64,000 nt of DNA, from assembly GCF_009914755.1 (NCBI RefSeq), contig NC_060928.1; one strand, given 5' to 3'. Below the pieces are notes generated by a model. It made no database searches. It had not been told where the DNA came from and saw only the letters and a list, made by a program, of their open reading frames with translations. The translations under genes and the position numbers were made by a program. Positions within the stretch are counted from its first letter, which is position 1. Every line of letters starts with the position of its first letter. The DNA comes from the human T2T-CHM13v2.0 reference genome, Homo sapiens. This document shows, in pieces, positions 40,451 through 54,722 of this stretch.

Positions 40451-42128
40451 CATACCCAAAATGGTATCTAACTTTCCTCTGACATTTTTCCATTTTAATT
40501 TTTGCCTCACTTTTTATTGTGTTTCTTCTGTAATGACCTTTCTTTTTATCACTCCCTTTCTCCTTCTTCAGTACCAGCAAGGGTATGTCCAAGCATGTAC
40601 AAACAAAATTGTGTGTGCACACACACCTACACAACAAAATTCCTTATATGCATGGGTTTAAATTTTTCAGAGAAAAAATATCCTTGCTGGCCCTTACCTT
40701 GGAACTACTTAAAGTGTCATATAATTATTCTTAATTACCTTAACAAGTTTCCAATATTGTTGTAAGCTAACCCTTGCCAGAAATATATTTTTAAATTTAA
40801 TGAGACCAGGCTCTATTTTCTCTATATATTTTGACTTGAACTATTTTTAAAAATTGAATGTACAGAATTTATTCTCAGAAATCTTTCTGCCTATTATTTA
40901 ATGAAATGAATGTGTGATTGAAAAATGATCATTAGCATGGTAGTTCACTGTGGCCTGACATGGGGATGGGAGGCATGTAGCTGTTCATGTTTTAGGATGA
41001 TTTATTAAAAAAAAAACTAGAGACGTCAAGTATAAGTCCTTCTAACTAGTTGAGAAAATGCATTTTTAAGTGTCCACTATGTTCACTAAAACACATCTAT
41101 GTATCTTTTGTACATTATATTTTGAAAAGACTAAGTCTCAAGTTGCTAATTCCACATGCATTTGATAAATTCACTTATTCTAAATGTAAAGCTACATCAA
41201 AGAGTCAGATTGCCTCCCTGTTGTATATAGAAAGAAAAAGATAATAATGATAACCAAAACACTCGTCATTTTGTTTCAGTTTGTTACGTTTCCCTTCAAA
41301 TGTAAATTTCTGAAAGTGTTTGTGAAGCATAAAGCCCATAAATACAGGTTCCAAAAGGAAATCTTTTTGTTTTTAAAATCACAGCAAGAAGTCCTTGGTG
41401 TATCTTTTACTTATCAGTACATGGTAAATTATTTGTTTCTAAATTATCTAATAAAAAACATTTTCCCATTCAGAATTAATCCAACTCATAATTAAGTGAG
41501 CTAACTGCCTTGTGCTCATTTCATTACGCTTTTTGAATGCTAATTATGTTGTGCTAGAAAAAAATTAATAAATTTCCATAGTTCATGCTTTAAGTTCTTC
41601 ACTTTTGTCAAAAACAGCATTTCATCCTCTTCAGTTTTTCCTAAATGTGTTCATTATTTTGCATTAAAATGTTATTTCTTTCTTTCAATAATTAGAGCTC
41701 TTTTTTATTCCCTTCCCATTGCTTTATTTTCTCTTGACCCATTGATTGGCCCATCTTATTCTTTCTGATCACTTCCTAAATTTGATGGCTTAAAAGGAAA
41801 ATCTCTCTTCCGGAATCTTACCAAATATCAAGACCAAATATTGATCTTTAATACAGGATGGTCTTACTTCCTTTTTTTTTCCCCATATAACACAGAAACA
41901 CCGTTAAAGGAATTAAAATTATTTGGAAAACACACATATTGGGGATTGTGGTAATACTCAAATTTGGCATCCGTATAAGAGCAAAAGTAACTCTAACTAT
42001 TCATACTAAAATGAGAGTCTGCATTGTGCCTCTTCTCAGTAAACATGGAGCTGACTGATTATCAAATATATGACTCCTGAGAATTGGACAGTTTCCATGA
42101 GGCTGTCAATTGCAATAAAACTTCCTGG

Positions 42129-42608
42129 TATATCAGTCAGGGTCCTAATCAGAAACAGATGGTACATCCAATTAAGTTCAAACCTTTGAAGGGTTGGGTA
42201 TTCTTTTTCTTTTTCTTTCTTTCTTTCTTTTTTTTTTTTTTTTGCTTTGTTTTGTTTTAAATAGATCACGTACAAAAATTTACAGGTAAGGTGTGAGAAA
42301 GACCTTAAAGAACAGTGCGGTACTATGGGGCTGAGAACAGCAGGTCAAAATTAACACTCTTCAGCTCAAAGGAGAGGACAGGTGCACAGACAGAAGGTTG
42401 CCACTAAGGGGCAACCTTAAAGGATACCTTCAACCTCAGTCTCTATTTTTTTTTCTCGTATTCTTTTGCTATTTCCCATTGGGCAGACCTAAACCAAAGT
42501 CAGAGAGCCAGAGGGGAGGAGGAACTAAGGACTACACACAGTGAACCTCCCAGAACCCAGGGCAGAGTGGAGTGCAGATATGGCGGACAAATGGAAGGTG
42601 GTCAGCAT
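42129..42608 (-). mobile_element. LTR33 (ERVL) solo LTR
   Basis: The minus strand begins tgctgaccaccttccatttgtccgccatatctgcactccactctgccc; the plus strand begins tcagtcagggtcctaatcagaaacagatggtaca. Both ends resemble LTR33. Confidence 0.7.
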
Positions 42609-42913
42609 GCCTGGTACAACTATTATTCTTCTGCTTTCCTCTGTCCTCCCTGTAAGAATCTATGTTAAACAAGGTATTATACTTTCAAAGTGGGCATACC
42701 ATTTTTTAATATCTCTTATTAAATAGGTCTGTGAAATTAATGAAGTAATAGTTCATGGCAAGTAAAAAAATCAAAATTTTTCTACAAATAATAAATGCAC
42801 TTATGTAATTTTTTAAATGAATGAATATCAAGGAGAAAAAGAAAAAAAATAGAAATGAGATGTAGTTACAAAGTTCTCAAAATCTCAGTTACAAATTATT
42901 AAGACTTGTTATA

Positions 42914-43118
42914 CAGTTGTGTGCCACGTAACAATGCTTTGGTCAACAGCGGAACACATACAGGATAATGATCCCATAAGATTATAATACCATATTTTAC
43001 TATACCTTTATAGAACCAAGGTTTATGTAAGTACACTGTCTTGTGTTTCCACAATGACATAATTGCCTGACAATGCACTTCTCAGAATGTACTTCCATCA
43101 TTAAGAGATTTATGACTG
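42914..43118 (+). mobile_element. Tigger3a (GOLEM_A/MER7A) MITE, internally shortened
   Basis: cagttgtgtgccacgtaac...ggtcaac...cccataagattataatac...gtaagtacact...ttctcagaatgta...ttaag...atgactg; TA on the left flank. Confidence 0.85.
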
Positions 43119-44049
43119 CATAACAATAACAATAATTTTAATTTTTTAAAGTCATTTAAAATCATTTTTAAAAACATTATATTCAATATTTAAAATACAT
43201 TGTGTAGTGTATAGCCTTGCTCTAGTGCAATCTTAGAACTTTCATAAAACTATATCACATTTAATATTATGAAAAAAATTCAATACTTTATGAAAAGCAG
43301 AAATCATATTTTCTAAAATGCAACACAATGAACTAATTGTTCAAGAAAATATTCATTTGAAAAAATTTTAAAACAATACTAGTAAAAACTGATGGCATAA
43401 GAAAAATCAAAGCTGTAATTGTATTTCTTAGAAAATAACTATCACAGTGTCAAGAAAAACATCTTTTTACTTTATTTATTAATAAGAAGATATTAAAATA
43501 AAATAATATATGTTTAATTCAAAATATTATTTTCCTGATTTGACAATTAAACAAGCCTGAGCTCTATGGGGAAAAATAAAATCTAAAGAGAAATTAATTA
43601 AATTGAAAAAGACAATTGATAAAGTTATTATTTTTTCAAGAGCTAATGTGAAAAATGTAATAAACAACTAGAATCTAACTAGAATATATATTCATGTATA
43701 CGTATACAGATATATAGATCTTATAGCCTTGCTATAAGAAAATATATATGTACATATAATAATTAAAATTCAAAAAAGTTGAATACTGCTTTTTTGTTAG
43801 TACCTTTTAAATCTTGATAAAATATAATTATAACTAGAAAATAGGAACTATCAATATTAATTACTGGAGTAGAGAATCTCAAAAAGGCACTTAGAAATTA
43901 AAATAGAAAAAAACAATTTTATAAGAGCACTCAAAATATGCACCAATTACCTTTGAATAAATAGATCATTTAAAATAAATACATACAGAAATGGATGTTT
44001 CCTATGCCATGTAAATTTTGTAATATAAAACAATAAAGGATGGAAATTT

Positions 44050-45900
44050 AACTTTTGGCTCTACTATGCCAAATGTAATTTTAATCTTCTGAAATTGCTT
44101 GTATTTGATTTATGACTTAGCATATGGCCAATATTCATTATTAGTTTATGTATGTCTTAAAAATATATTGTTTAAATTTGTATTTTGTCTGTTTTTTCTA
44201 TTAATTACCAAGACAGATGTCTTAATAGTTGGCTCTATCATTGTGTATTTTTCTATTTCTCCTTGTATTTATTTTTATTTATTACTATTTTGAATATTGT
44301 TCTCCAGCAATCCAAGTCCACCTAGAACCTCAGAATATGACCCTATTTGAAAATAAAGGAGTCTGCTCAGATGTAATTAGTTGAAATGAGATATTATTGG
44401 ATTATGATGGGCCCTAATTGAATAACTAGTATTTTCACAAGAAGAGAAAGCACAGACACTGAGACACAGAGGAAGTACACTGTGTGGTGAGAGAGATTAG
44501 AGAGGTGAACTAGAAGCAAAGGAATGCCAAGGATTGACAACAGTCAACAGAAGCCCAGAGAAAGTGTTGGGAGTTTCTTCCTCAGGACATCCCAAAGGAG
44601 ACAACCTTGCCAATATCTTGATTTCAGATTTGTATTTTCAAAAACTTTAAGGCATTAAGTTTCAGTTGTTTTAAGCCACACAGTTTGTGGTACTTTGTTT
44701 TGGCAGTCCTAGGAAACTAATACATACATGTCGAGGCAATACCAGTAGATTTTTACAAATCTGAAATTATCATATTTGCTTGGTGTATTGAAATGTTTAT
44801 TCTAAATTGACGTATTTATTGCCAATTATGGAATCCACCTTAAATTCCATTTTTTTCTAGTATTAATATTGTAACTTTAATTTTTCTCTTCTGTTAGTTT
44901 TTTTCTATTTTTTCCATCCTTTTAGCATCTTTATATTTTGCACAGGTCTCCTATTTACAACATTTTAATAGATTTCCCCCAAGTAGGTGACTTTAAATTT
45001 CCACTAAGCATTTAGTCTATTTATGTTTCTTATTTTCATTTGCTGGTAGAATCAATAATTTTATTTTTGTGTTTTACCTTCGTCATGTGTGTTCTTTTTT
45101 TTCTTTTTCTCTACCCCTTTAGCCTCTTTCAAATTGGTTATTTTTTGTAACTCATATTTTTCTTTTTGTATTTTTGCAGTTATTCAAGTAATTTTATTCT
45201 TTCAGTAATTATTTTAGAAATTACAACATGCTTTTTAAAATTATTGAAGTCGTGGTTAATCAGCACCTTTATTCTCCTAAATTAAAAAAAAAATTTGTGC
45301 AATATACCTCCGTTTGCTTTCCTCTCAAATTGTGTGTAAGTTCTTTCTTGTATATTAACATACTATCAATTTTAAATCCCAAACAGATGTATTTTACAGT
45401 TTTATCTTAATGTTTACAAGATTTTTATTTATTTCTTTTTGCATCAATGTCTTCTATCTGGTGTCACTTTAATTTGTCAAGTACTCCTCTGATTATCTTC
45501 CCTTTATTTAAAAAATAGCCCTTTATAATTTTCCTTAGTAACTCTTTTCTGGTGACAAACTCAGTTTCTGGTCTGAAATGTTACTGTTTTCTTGTTGTTA
45601 TATCCTCAAACATCACCTCTGTCTCATTCTCTCACTCAACATTTGCGATATTAAAAGAAACATGTAATAGACATTGTCAATTTGGCTTCCATATTTCTTA
45701 ACTTTTCTGTTATACTTTCCTTCTTATTTTTCTCTCTCGGATAAATGGATAATTGCTTCTGACCTCATAATTTCTCCTACTGGAAGGAGTAATAGTCTCA
45801 GCAATCTACTGTGTTTCCTACATCATGTGCTACATTTCTTGCAATATGTAGCTGGATTGCAAATTTCCTGAAACTGCTTCTACCTCCACTCTTACATTCA
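44050..45900 (-). mobile_element. Highly decayed L1M fragments flanking MLT1C
   Basis: T-rich text such as ttatgacttagcatatggcca, ctatcattgtgtatttttctatttctcct and ttttctggtgacaaactcagttt resembles antisense L1M ORF2 start and spacer. Confidence 0.5.
44283..44724 (+). mobile_element. MLT1C-like MaLR solo LTR within old antisense L1 sequence
   Basis: agaacctcagaatatgaccctatttg...gatgtaattag...aaggaatgccaaggattg...ttttaagccacacagtttgtggtactttgtt...gcagtcctaggaaactaataca. Confidence 0.9.
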
Positions 45901-47089
45901 TGTATGTTTATTAGGCTATAGGTTACTGACATTTTGTTTCTTCACTCATATATAATTGTGTAAATATAAGTATTTATGGCATCTTTTATTAGTGTTTTCA
46001 ACACTATATCCCTTAATATATATTTGCCTAATTCTGCTTCTCTCAAAAACAAATAAATATAAAACATAATGATACTTTTCTTTTTAATCACATTGTTAAC
46101 CTCGTACTAACAAAGTCAACTCTATGTTCACAATCACTTTCACTTTACATAGCCTCGAAAGAAAATCATATAAGCTATTATAAGAATATTACCAATAAAA
46201 AACTGACTTATTTTCCAAATTCAGTCTTCATACATTAAAGATGTTATTTTACAAGATTTTGTCATTCTAAAGTTGAAAATATGAATTTGTGTAGTTAATA
46301 CAGCTGTGAACATTTTCAAATAGGATACAGAGAAGCAGCCAACTGAAAACACATTGGTTCTATGTGGTAGTCTAATAACTTGAATTATTACTTATGAATA
46401 TATATCAGAATTTTAAAATACCAGGGAATGAACTAATGAATAAATAGATAGTTCCCTTTGAAAAAAGTTAACTTTTACTAAAGAAATTATATTTTTCATT
46501 TGGCACTCAATAGAAATAAAATTTATATATAGGTTGTGCAATTTTGAAATTTCTGAACACGTATTTTAAATAACAGTGTCAAAAATGAATACATGTCTTG
46601 CTGTCTGTAAAATGTTAGGGTATCTGGGTGAATTGTGGTGATATATTACTTATTTCGGAGACCAAACATAAAATTGAACAGCCTATTTTACTTTGGTCAT
46701 GATCATTGAAATTAAAGGGAATGATATGACATGAATATAAAATTAGTTTACTTAGTTAGATGTTTTAGACATTTAAAGAAAGTTAGTGTGCAGTGATGAT
46801 CAGGTCTAAATCACAGCCCTAATTATATACATTTACCTTGCTTCTCTCTTAAATTGTCACTGAAATGAGAAAAGTTCCTTATTAGCCGAATGTTGTTCAA
46901 GTTGAATATCAAAAAAGTAAGTAAAATAATAAATCATAGAACATTACAAAGAAAAAATAAATCTATTCCTTTATACTGATACTAATTGATTGAAAATATA
47001 TGATAGATAATGATAATGATAGATATAGATAATTGATAGATAAACAGTTACTCAGAGAAGAAGAAGGAAGGGCTTTTGCTTGTCATGAA

Positions 47090-48300
47090 ATGTCGACTGT
47101 CAAAGGCAAATTGGGAAGTGCCTAAGTTGGAAATTCATCTTTTTGCAACTAAGCTGGGAAAAATTTGTTAGGATAAAAATTACTGATTGACGTTACATGT
47201 AGAGGAAATATTTCAAGAAAAGCAGTTATTTTCTTGATCTTATACTGTAACCATCCAATGAAGAAATTGTACAAGATTTTGACGAAATAAAAAGAATAAG
47301 TATCACCAATGAGTGGTAAATGGATATCATGTGCCTTCAGGTATCATAACATGAAGACAGAAAATCACTTATATTGTATCTTGTCCTAAATTATGTAATA
47401 ATCTAAATCTAATCATGAGAAACATCAGACAAACCCCCAAGATGATTTAAAAACTAATGTTTTTAAAGTGTTTCTTCAAAAATGTCACCAAAAAAAAAAT
47501 GTACTCAATGTGTTCCACTTCAGATGAGACTAAAAAGAGGTGGCAACTAAATTCAAATTAGATCCCATGAACTTGAGGGGGGAAACATGAGAAAAAGCAC
47601 ATTTTGACTTTGTATTAGTTCCTTTTCATGCTGCTGATAACGACATGCCCTAGACTGGGCAATTTACAAAAAAAAAAGAGGTTTAACTGGACTTACAGTT
47701 CCACGTGGCTGGGAAGCTTCACAATCATGGTGGAAGGCAAGGAGGAGCAAGTCACGTCTTAACATGGATAGGAGCAGGCAAAAGGAGAGAGAGCTTGTGC
47801 AGGGGAACTCCTCTTTTTAAAACCATCAAATCTTGTGAGACCCATTCACCATCACGAGAACAGCAGGAGAAAGACTTGTCCCCATGATTCAATCACCTCC
47901 CACTGGGTCTCTCCCACAACAGATGGTAATCATGGGAGCCACAGTTCAAGATGAAATTTGGGTGGGGACACAGTCAAACCATATCAGATTTTTTTAATTG
48001 AAAAAAAAATCAGAATATACACACTAGATTACATAATAGTATTATATCAAGGTGTTCCTTGATAACTGTATTATAATTATGTAGAAGAATGTCCCCATTT
48101 TTAGGATATATATGTTGAACTATGATTTAAGAGTAAAGTACCATAATGTATGCAACTCAATCTGGAAATTAAATGCATGCATATACACATACATAACACA
48201 CAAATGCACATATACCCACACAGAGCATACAGAGTCAAAGCTACATAGACTAAAGGGAAAATCAAATACAAACTACACATTCAATGCAAGTTTTAAAAGA
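47090..48300 (+). mobile_element. L1MC4/L1MC5-like 3' region, interrupted by THE1A
   Basis: tggatatcatgtgcc...aatctaatcatgagaaacatcagacaaaccc...cttcaaaaatgtca...gagactaaa...gataactgtattataattatgtag...gaatgtcc. Confidence 0.7.
47611..47986 (-). mobile_element. THE1A MaLR solo LTR
   Basis: tgtattagt...tttcatgctgctgataa...gcaagtcacgtctt...gcttgtgcagggg...tgggtggggacacagtcaaaccatatca; 5-bp TSD gactt / gattt. Confidence 0.93.
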
Positions 48301-48459
48301 ACAAATAAAAAAGTCCCATAGGGTCACTGCCAATACATTATTTATAAAAGCAGGCACATAGACCAGCCCAGGAGAAAGAGATTCCATACGTTGATATGTA
48401 GTGGAGAATTTATGAAAGAGTATATAGGCCCAGAAATTCTGTTGTGGTCATTTTGTGAA

Positions 48460-48700
48460 GATAGAATATGCCATAAAAGCAGGTACTCTGGACTAAGACT
48501 GTGTAGATTCAAATCTCAGTTTTCCCACTTACTAGCTATTTCAACCTACTTATCTTTGTTGTGGCTTAATCTCTTCACCTGATGAAAGAAGAATATTATT
48601 AATACCCACCTCACGGTGTCACTGTACTAAATAAGTCAGTGCATGTTAGTACATGTAAAGTGCTTATAGCTATGTCGGTTCTATAATAAACATTACTTAA
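48460..48700 (+). mobile_element. MIR
   Basis: actctgga...ttcaaatctcag...ccacttactagct...aatacccacctcac...acatgtaaagtgctta. Confidence 0.7.
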
Positions 48701-49049
48701 GGACCACATATTCTTATTACCCCCTCCTTTTTGTTTTGGATGTTGATCTAATTTTCTAGTTAAAGCATCTGAGATGATTTAGTCTTTAAAAAATGTTTAA
48801 AAACCATCAGTAACAGAATTTTAAATTCTATTAATTTTTAAGTATACATAATTTTAAATTATAAAATAATTTATAGATTTTCTTTAATCTATCAATTATC
48901 TACGAATGGAAATAACACAATTTTAATATAATATGTTACGGTGAATACTTGATAAAATAAATAAAAGAAAAAATTATGGCCTGCAATATTGTGAGTGCCA
49001 GGGGATACATTAGTCATTCTGTAAATGTTCTGAATTGAACCACAACTAA

Positions 49050-49230
49050 CCATCATAACTATAACTGAGCAATGAATGCAATACACCAAGTTGTTATAAT
49101 CCTTTACATAAATTAAATCACAGCCTCATAATCAAATGAGGAAACTAGCTCCAAGGTAATGGCAGAACAAATATTCTAACCCTCTAGTCTACCTATGGAG
49201 CCAACACTCTGACCTACTAGGCCCAAGTTC
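49050..49230 (-). mobile_element. MIR fragment
   Basis: aaatgaggaaactag...atggcagaac...attctaacc matches the antisense MIR core. Confidence 0.45.
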
Positions 49231-51427
49231 CAACTCTATGACATTGAATAGATTTTATCTAAAGACTCATCATAAAGGAAGTATTTCTGAACCCAACCAC
49301 TGTGAGACATAAACAGTATGCTTTGGTGGTCTTTTTACAATAAAGTTTGTCACTTCTATGTAACTAAAACTTAAGTAAAAATTAAAATAATATAATTAAG
49401 ACAATAAAATAGGAAAATCTCATAATGAAACTGCAGGTATAATATAAAAAAACATTAAAGAACAATAAGAAACACAACAAATGAAAACACAAGCCATTCT
49501 CTTAGATGAGAAGACCTAATTTCTTAAATGTAAGTAGTCTCAAAATTAAACAATAATATTAATGGAATTGTGAATATAATAAAAACAGATGAAAGAAAGT
49601 TAAATAATTGAATAAAAATGATTTTTGTAAGTTAAATAAACCTTATGCTGTCATTTTAAATGGGAATTAAAAATAACTATTTTAGGTGGTTTATAGAAGA
49701 GTAAATCTATGAAAAATGTACAGAATATTTCCTTACACTTAATAAATGTTATCAGTAATTATCTTTCAAGATAAAAAATTGTAAAATTTTGATGTCAAGA
49801 GAAGAAGAAATGTATCTTTTAGACATGTTGTATAGAAAGCAATTAAAATAGTTCTAAAATCTTTTGGCTATTTCACAGGTAGGATTAAGTAGTGGACATT
49901 GCTTAATTATTGAGTAAGAATTAATTCTGAGACAAAATTGAAATAGAGGCTGATAAATAGTGATGCTTCCATGAAAGGACAATGTGTAAAGTAAAATGCA
50001 AACCAATGCCTTCTTGAAAGTTTGTTCCTGCATAGAGCATACATAAACAAATACAGAAAATATGTCTGTACCATCTGGTGCAGTTACTCTTGTAAATTGT
50101 ACTTTCCTTGGCAGAAAAGTCCAGGTACATAACAAATGTGATTCAGAATTAGCTGTCATTGTCAGGTTTTGAAGGTTTCCTCTCCCTTCAGTGGATCTCT
50201 TTCTTCAAATTAATTGTTATGGGATTTTTACTTTCTCTTTGCCTTAGGTGCCAATCATACAGAAACCACTTTGGATAGGCATCGTTGAATCTTTTCTTTC
50301 TTAAGTCACTTCCTTTCATCTTCCTATTAACTTCTTAGAATAAGTCTATTCCTTTTCCTTAGGTTAGCCCTAATTCAGGCTCTTAGTTTATTTTATCTTC
50401 TTTATCCCATCATAAGACCGGACATATAGTATTCAGTATTCAGAAGATTCTCAAAATGGCATATATTGAAATAGCTATTTCAATATTAGTGTTATTACAA
50501 AACATTTATAATGACACGCATAGTTTTCTTGCTAATAATGAATGTGCCTCTCTAAGCTGTTGTGTAATTTCATTAAAAGATTCGTGCAATTTCATTAAAA
50601 GATTTGTGCTTGTATTATATCCTATTTTGGTTCTGTTTATGATACCAAATGAGAGGAAGCTCTTACCCCAGGAATAGATGGGGATAGAAAGTTCAATTGA
50701 GCAACATATAAAAACCTCCATAGAATGTGTTCATAATTAATTAAGAGGTAGACAGTCTAAAAATCTCACTCCCCCAAAGGCTCAATATTGAACTTCCACC
50801 AACAAAGATAGCCCAGTAATTACCTAAACATACTTATAACACTAAGGGACACATACAAAAAAATACTCTAAACATTGTCTTTATTTTTAATAGTAGATTT
50901 GTCACTGCATCTTTTCATTAGCTTAATTTCCTTTATGTAAAACATAAATTCATCTAAATTGCATTGCATAATTCCCTGTATACTAGCATTAATTGATATT
51001 TAATAAACTTTAAAAAGAATTATTGTATTGTTTTATATCAGAGGTTGCCTTCCAGTATGTTGACAAGTATAAGGCTTTTTAAATCTTAAATAGCTCCAGA
51101 TCCTTGAAGACTTATGACTTTGAATTAACATTCCCATCCGTCTTTATTATATTATTTGTCTCGTGAGTATCATGCCTAAAGCAACTATTTCCTTCATTCA
51201 AAAACGATCTAGGTTTGTAATGCATGTGACAAAGAGTGTTGGGATGCTTAGTAAAATAAACCATAAAAAAGGAAGGAGAATGCAATGGAAAGAGGGGTTT
51301 CAAATTTTGTGCAAACTAAATTTAACAATAGAAATGGGAAAGAAGTTGGAAGACAGCAAGAATATGAGAACAATGTAGGAAGAGAAATATAAGGACTCAG
51401 AGAGAAAGAGAAAGAGAGAGAGAGACC

Positions 51428-51580
51428 CTTGGTTCCAGCTACTCTGAAGTACCACTTGAGCCCAGGAGTTTGAGGCTGCAGTGCCCCAAGATTGCACCTG
51501 TGAATAGGCACTGCACTCCACCCTAAGTAACACAGTGAGACACAGTCTCAAAAAGCAAGCAAACAAACAAACAAAACAAC
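51428..51580 (+). mobile_element. FAM (fossil Alu monomer, 7SL-derived), 5'-truncated
   Basis: cttgagcccaggagtttgaggctgcagtg...attgcacctgtgaataggcactgcactcca; the cctgtgaatag segment is present in FAM/7SL but absent from dimeric Alu arms; (CAAA)n tail. Confidence 0.75.
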
Positions 51581-51844
51581 ACTATGTGTCTCACTATCTA
51601 GCTACAATTTAAATGTATAGTTAGTAATAGCCAATAACAACCCAATATCCAACATTTACATTCAGACTTACATTTACTTACCTAAAATCAAAAGAAAGCA
51701 TTTGCTTTACTTTTGTCAAAATAAAGTGTTCTTTCTGGCAAATTTCTTTTAAAGGCTCACCCTCCCCCACTAATATTAAGAAACTCTCTAAATACAGATA
51801 CTAAATTTCTAAGACTCTTCAAATGATAGTGACTTCACTATTGT

Positions 51845-52226
51845 GTCTTGTGTTAGAATATAGGCTTGGCTATTGTAACAGATACCCATGAGAAAGTACA
51901 GTTTGGATTATATTTCTCTCATGTGACAAAATGTGAACAGTCCAGGCAGAGAGGGCATCCTTAGGATGTTAAGGAAATGCGCTGTCTTACTTTTTTGCTT
52001 GCTGCATCTTAATACCTGACACATGCTTCTTTCTTTTTGAAAGTATAACTTGAAAATTGCACATATTAGTTTATTTTATATCCTTGACCAGAAATAAATC
52101 ACATGGCTAAACATCATTGCAAACAATATAGGCAATGTAGATTTCAACTGATTATCAATGTTGTAATCTTACTTAATAGAAAAAAAAAGGACAATGGATA
52201 TGGGGGTAATCATAATCTCTGACACA
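51845..52226 (-). mobile_element. MLT1J-like LTR
   Basis: taggcttggctattgtaacaga...tatttctctcatgt...cagtccagg...gaaaattgcaca...gaccagaa...tcacatggct...aatggatatggggg...tctctgacaca. Confidence 0.7.
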
Positions 52227-52469
52227 TTAGTCAAAACTTACATTAGACTTTGAACATTGAAATACTAAAAAGAGGAAAATTATTAGTTTTGAGGTGCCTT
52301 TGAAATAAATGACTAGTGAAATAGCAATTTTATAACTATATATATTCATAATGAAAATTTTTGGACTCCTTAAGTTGTCATGCAAGAATAGAAAACAGTT
52401 TGCTGTCAGGTTGAGCTAAATGATATTTTTGGAACTCTCATAAGATACACACTCCTTGCTCCTAAAGAT

Positions 52470-52494
52470 TGTGTGTGTGTGTGTGTGTGTGTGT
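52470..52494. repeat. (TG)n microsatellite
   Basis: Directly visible. Confidence 0.95.
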
Positions 52495-53789
52495 ATGAAA
52501 AATCTCTATATACTTTTTGCCCTTTATAGCTGCTGCTTTCATCTCTTTCAGCTACCTTTTATATGTTGTACAATATCTCAACCTTTTTTCCCATAATGCT
52601 TGTTGCAAATCAACACCTTTGTTTTATTTTCTTTCCTTTATACTCCCTTTGTTAACTGAGGTTTTCTTAACAGTCTTGATCAGTCATACTAAAATTAATA
52701 GACTGGATCTGATGAGAAATCTCTTTTTCAAAAACAATTTTTGCAAGAAAATCCTGAAGAGCATTGACATACTCAAACTACTGGAAAATTGTGTTTATAA
52801 GACGCCCTTGTCAAGTGCTATCTATTTCTATGCTGTGTTGGGTTAAGGATGGGGGAAACTTGGTCCTAAGCCTTGTCGTTGTTGAAATGGTAGATCTATC
52901 CCTGAAAAATCTGTTAGTATGAGGGACTGAAAAGCCTCTTTTGGGGATAAATATTAAGGGAGAACATCAATTCACAATCATATTTGTACCTAAGACTTCT
53001 AGGTTACACAGGAGGGAAAATTTTAGTTTAATATTATATTTGTCACTTGAACTTTTTCTCCAACCTCTTCCCCCAAGTAATATGGTAAAGCAAGAGAGGA
53101 TGAGTGGTTAGGGGAAATTTTCTGGCTGAAAATGAAAGATCATTGCAATAAAATCTCTTTAATACATTGAAGCCCACAAAACTCGATAATGCCACAGCAG
53201 CAAAACAGTGTAATACTAAAATCAAGAGACTGATCTTTTCATATTTTTCATAGACAGGGTCTCAGACATGTCTAGAACACTAGAGGAAATGATACCAGTG
53301 AAAATGGCAATAATATTCATCAGAGACATCACAAGTAACAACTGAAAATCTGAATCAGGATTGACAGTACTGAGGATGCAGGCAGATATGTTAGCATCTC
53401 ATGAAGAGGTTCAAAAGTGAAGGAAAGAGGGGACTATTTTCTACAATAGTTTTCATAAATATCAAATAAGTTAAAGAAATGGTTTGACGACAAACCATAC
53501 CCTCCAGTCTCATACCTCATATTATATTTAATGAATGAGGAAGTTCTTGCTATCTGCTAGCAACTTTTCCCCAAATTGATTCAATTAATGTTGAAATCAA
53601 TGTATTTAATGAGTATTGTTAGGTGTTTTCTAATCCCTAGGCATTTTGATAGTGGCAATTTCAAAACTGGAATGAGACACAGTAGCTGCCCTTGTGAAAA
53701 GTCCCCTGGGTGAGTTAGAGGCGAACACTTGCTGGTTGTGCTGGTTCTTGCTGTTTATCTTCTCTCTCATCTGGGACTAAAGGCTTAGT

Positions 53790-54722
53790 GTTCATCAAGC
53801 TGTGGCATGGTTCCGTACTTTATTAATTTTTATGGCTGGAAAATATTATATTGTATGGAAGTACACAATTTGTTGATTCATTTATCCGTTGATAAACATT
53901 TGGATTATATCCACCTTTTGTTTGGTATGCATAGTGCTGCAATTAATATTTATAAATGAAAATTTGTTTGAGTGCCTATTTACTTTTCTTTTAGGTATAT
54001 GATATACCTAAAAGTGGAATTGCTGGACCATAAAATGAATATATTTTTAAGTATTTGATAAACCATCATTTTCCACAGTGACTGTACCATTTTACATTCC
54101 CATCAGTAATTTATATGGGTTACTATTTCTACACATCCTCACCAAGACTTGTTATTTTGTTTCTTTCTTTTATTATAGCCACATTAGTGGGTTCTAAAAT
54201 GGTATCTTATTGGGGTTTTGATTTGCATTTCTTTAACAACCAATTGTGTTGAACATCTTTATTGGTCATAATTGGACTTGAATATATTCTTTGGAGAAAT
54301 GTCTCTTCAAGTCTTTATCCATTTTTATTGGGTTGTTTTGTCTTTTTGTTGTTGAGTTATGAGTTCTTCATATATTCTGAATAGTAAATCATTATCAGGT
54401 ATAATTTGCAAAATTTTTTCTATTCGTTATGTTGTCTTTATAATGTCTTTGTAATGTTTTTGATAAACAATATTTTTGAAGTACAATTTATCTTTTTTTT
54501 TTTTATTGCTTGTGCTTTTGTTGTCAAATAAGAATCTATTTCCAAATCTGAGATCATGGTGATTTACCCTTATGCTTCTTCTAGTAGTTTTACAGATTTA
54601 GCTCTTATATTTAGATTATTTGTCCATTTTGAGTTAATTTACGTATATGGAGTGAGGTAGCTGGTCCAACTTCATTCCTTGGCATGTGATTATCCAGTTT
54701 CTTTAGTTCCGTCTGTTGAAAA
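53790..54722 (-). mobile_element. L1MB-like 3' fragment
   Basis: ttttatggctg...attgtatgga...gtggaattgctgga...tgtaccattttacattcccatcag...ttgatttgcatttct...ttctttggagaaatgtct...ccattttgagttaattt. Confidence 0.85.

Noticed and set aside
50561-50604. 22-bp tandem duplication (similar small ones at ~1768, ~12039, ~16345, ~25448)
   Set aside because: These are ordinary slippage duplications in AT-rich DNA with no sign of function.
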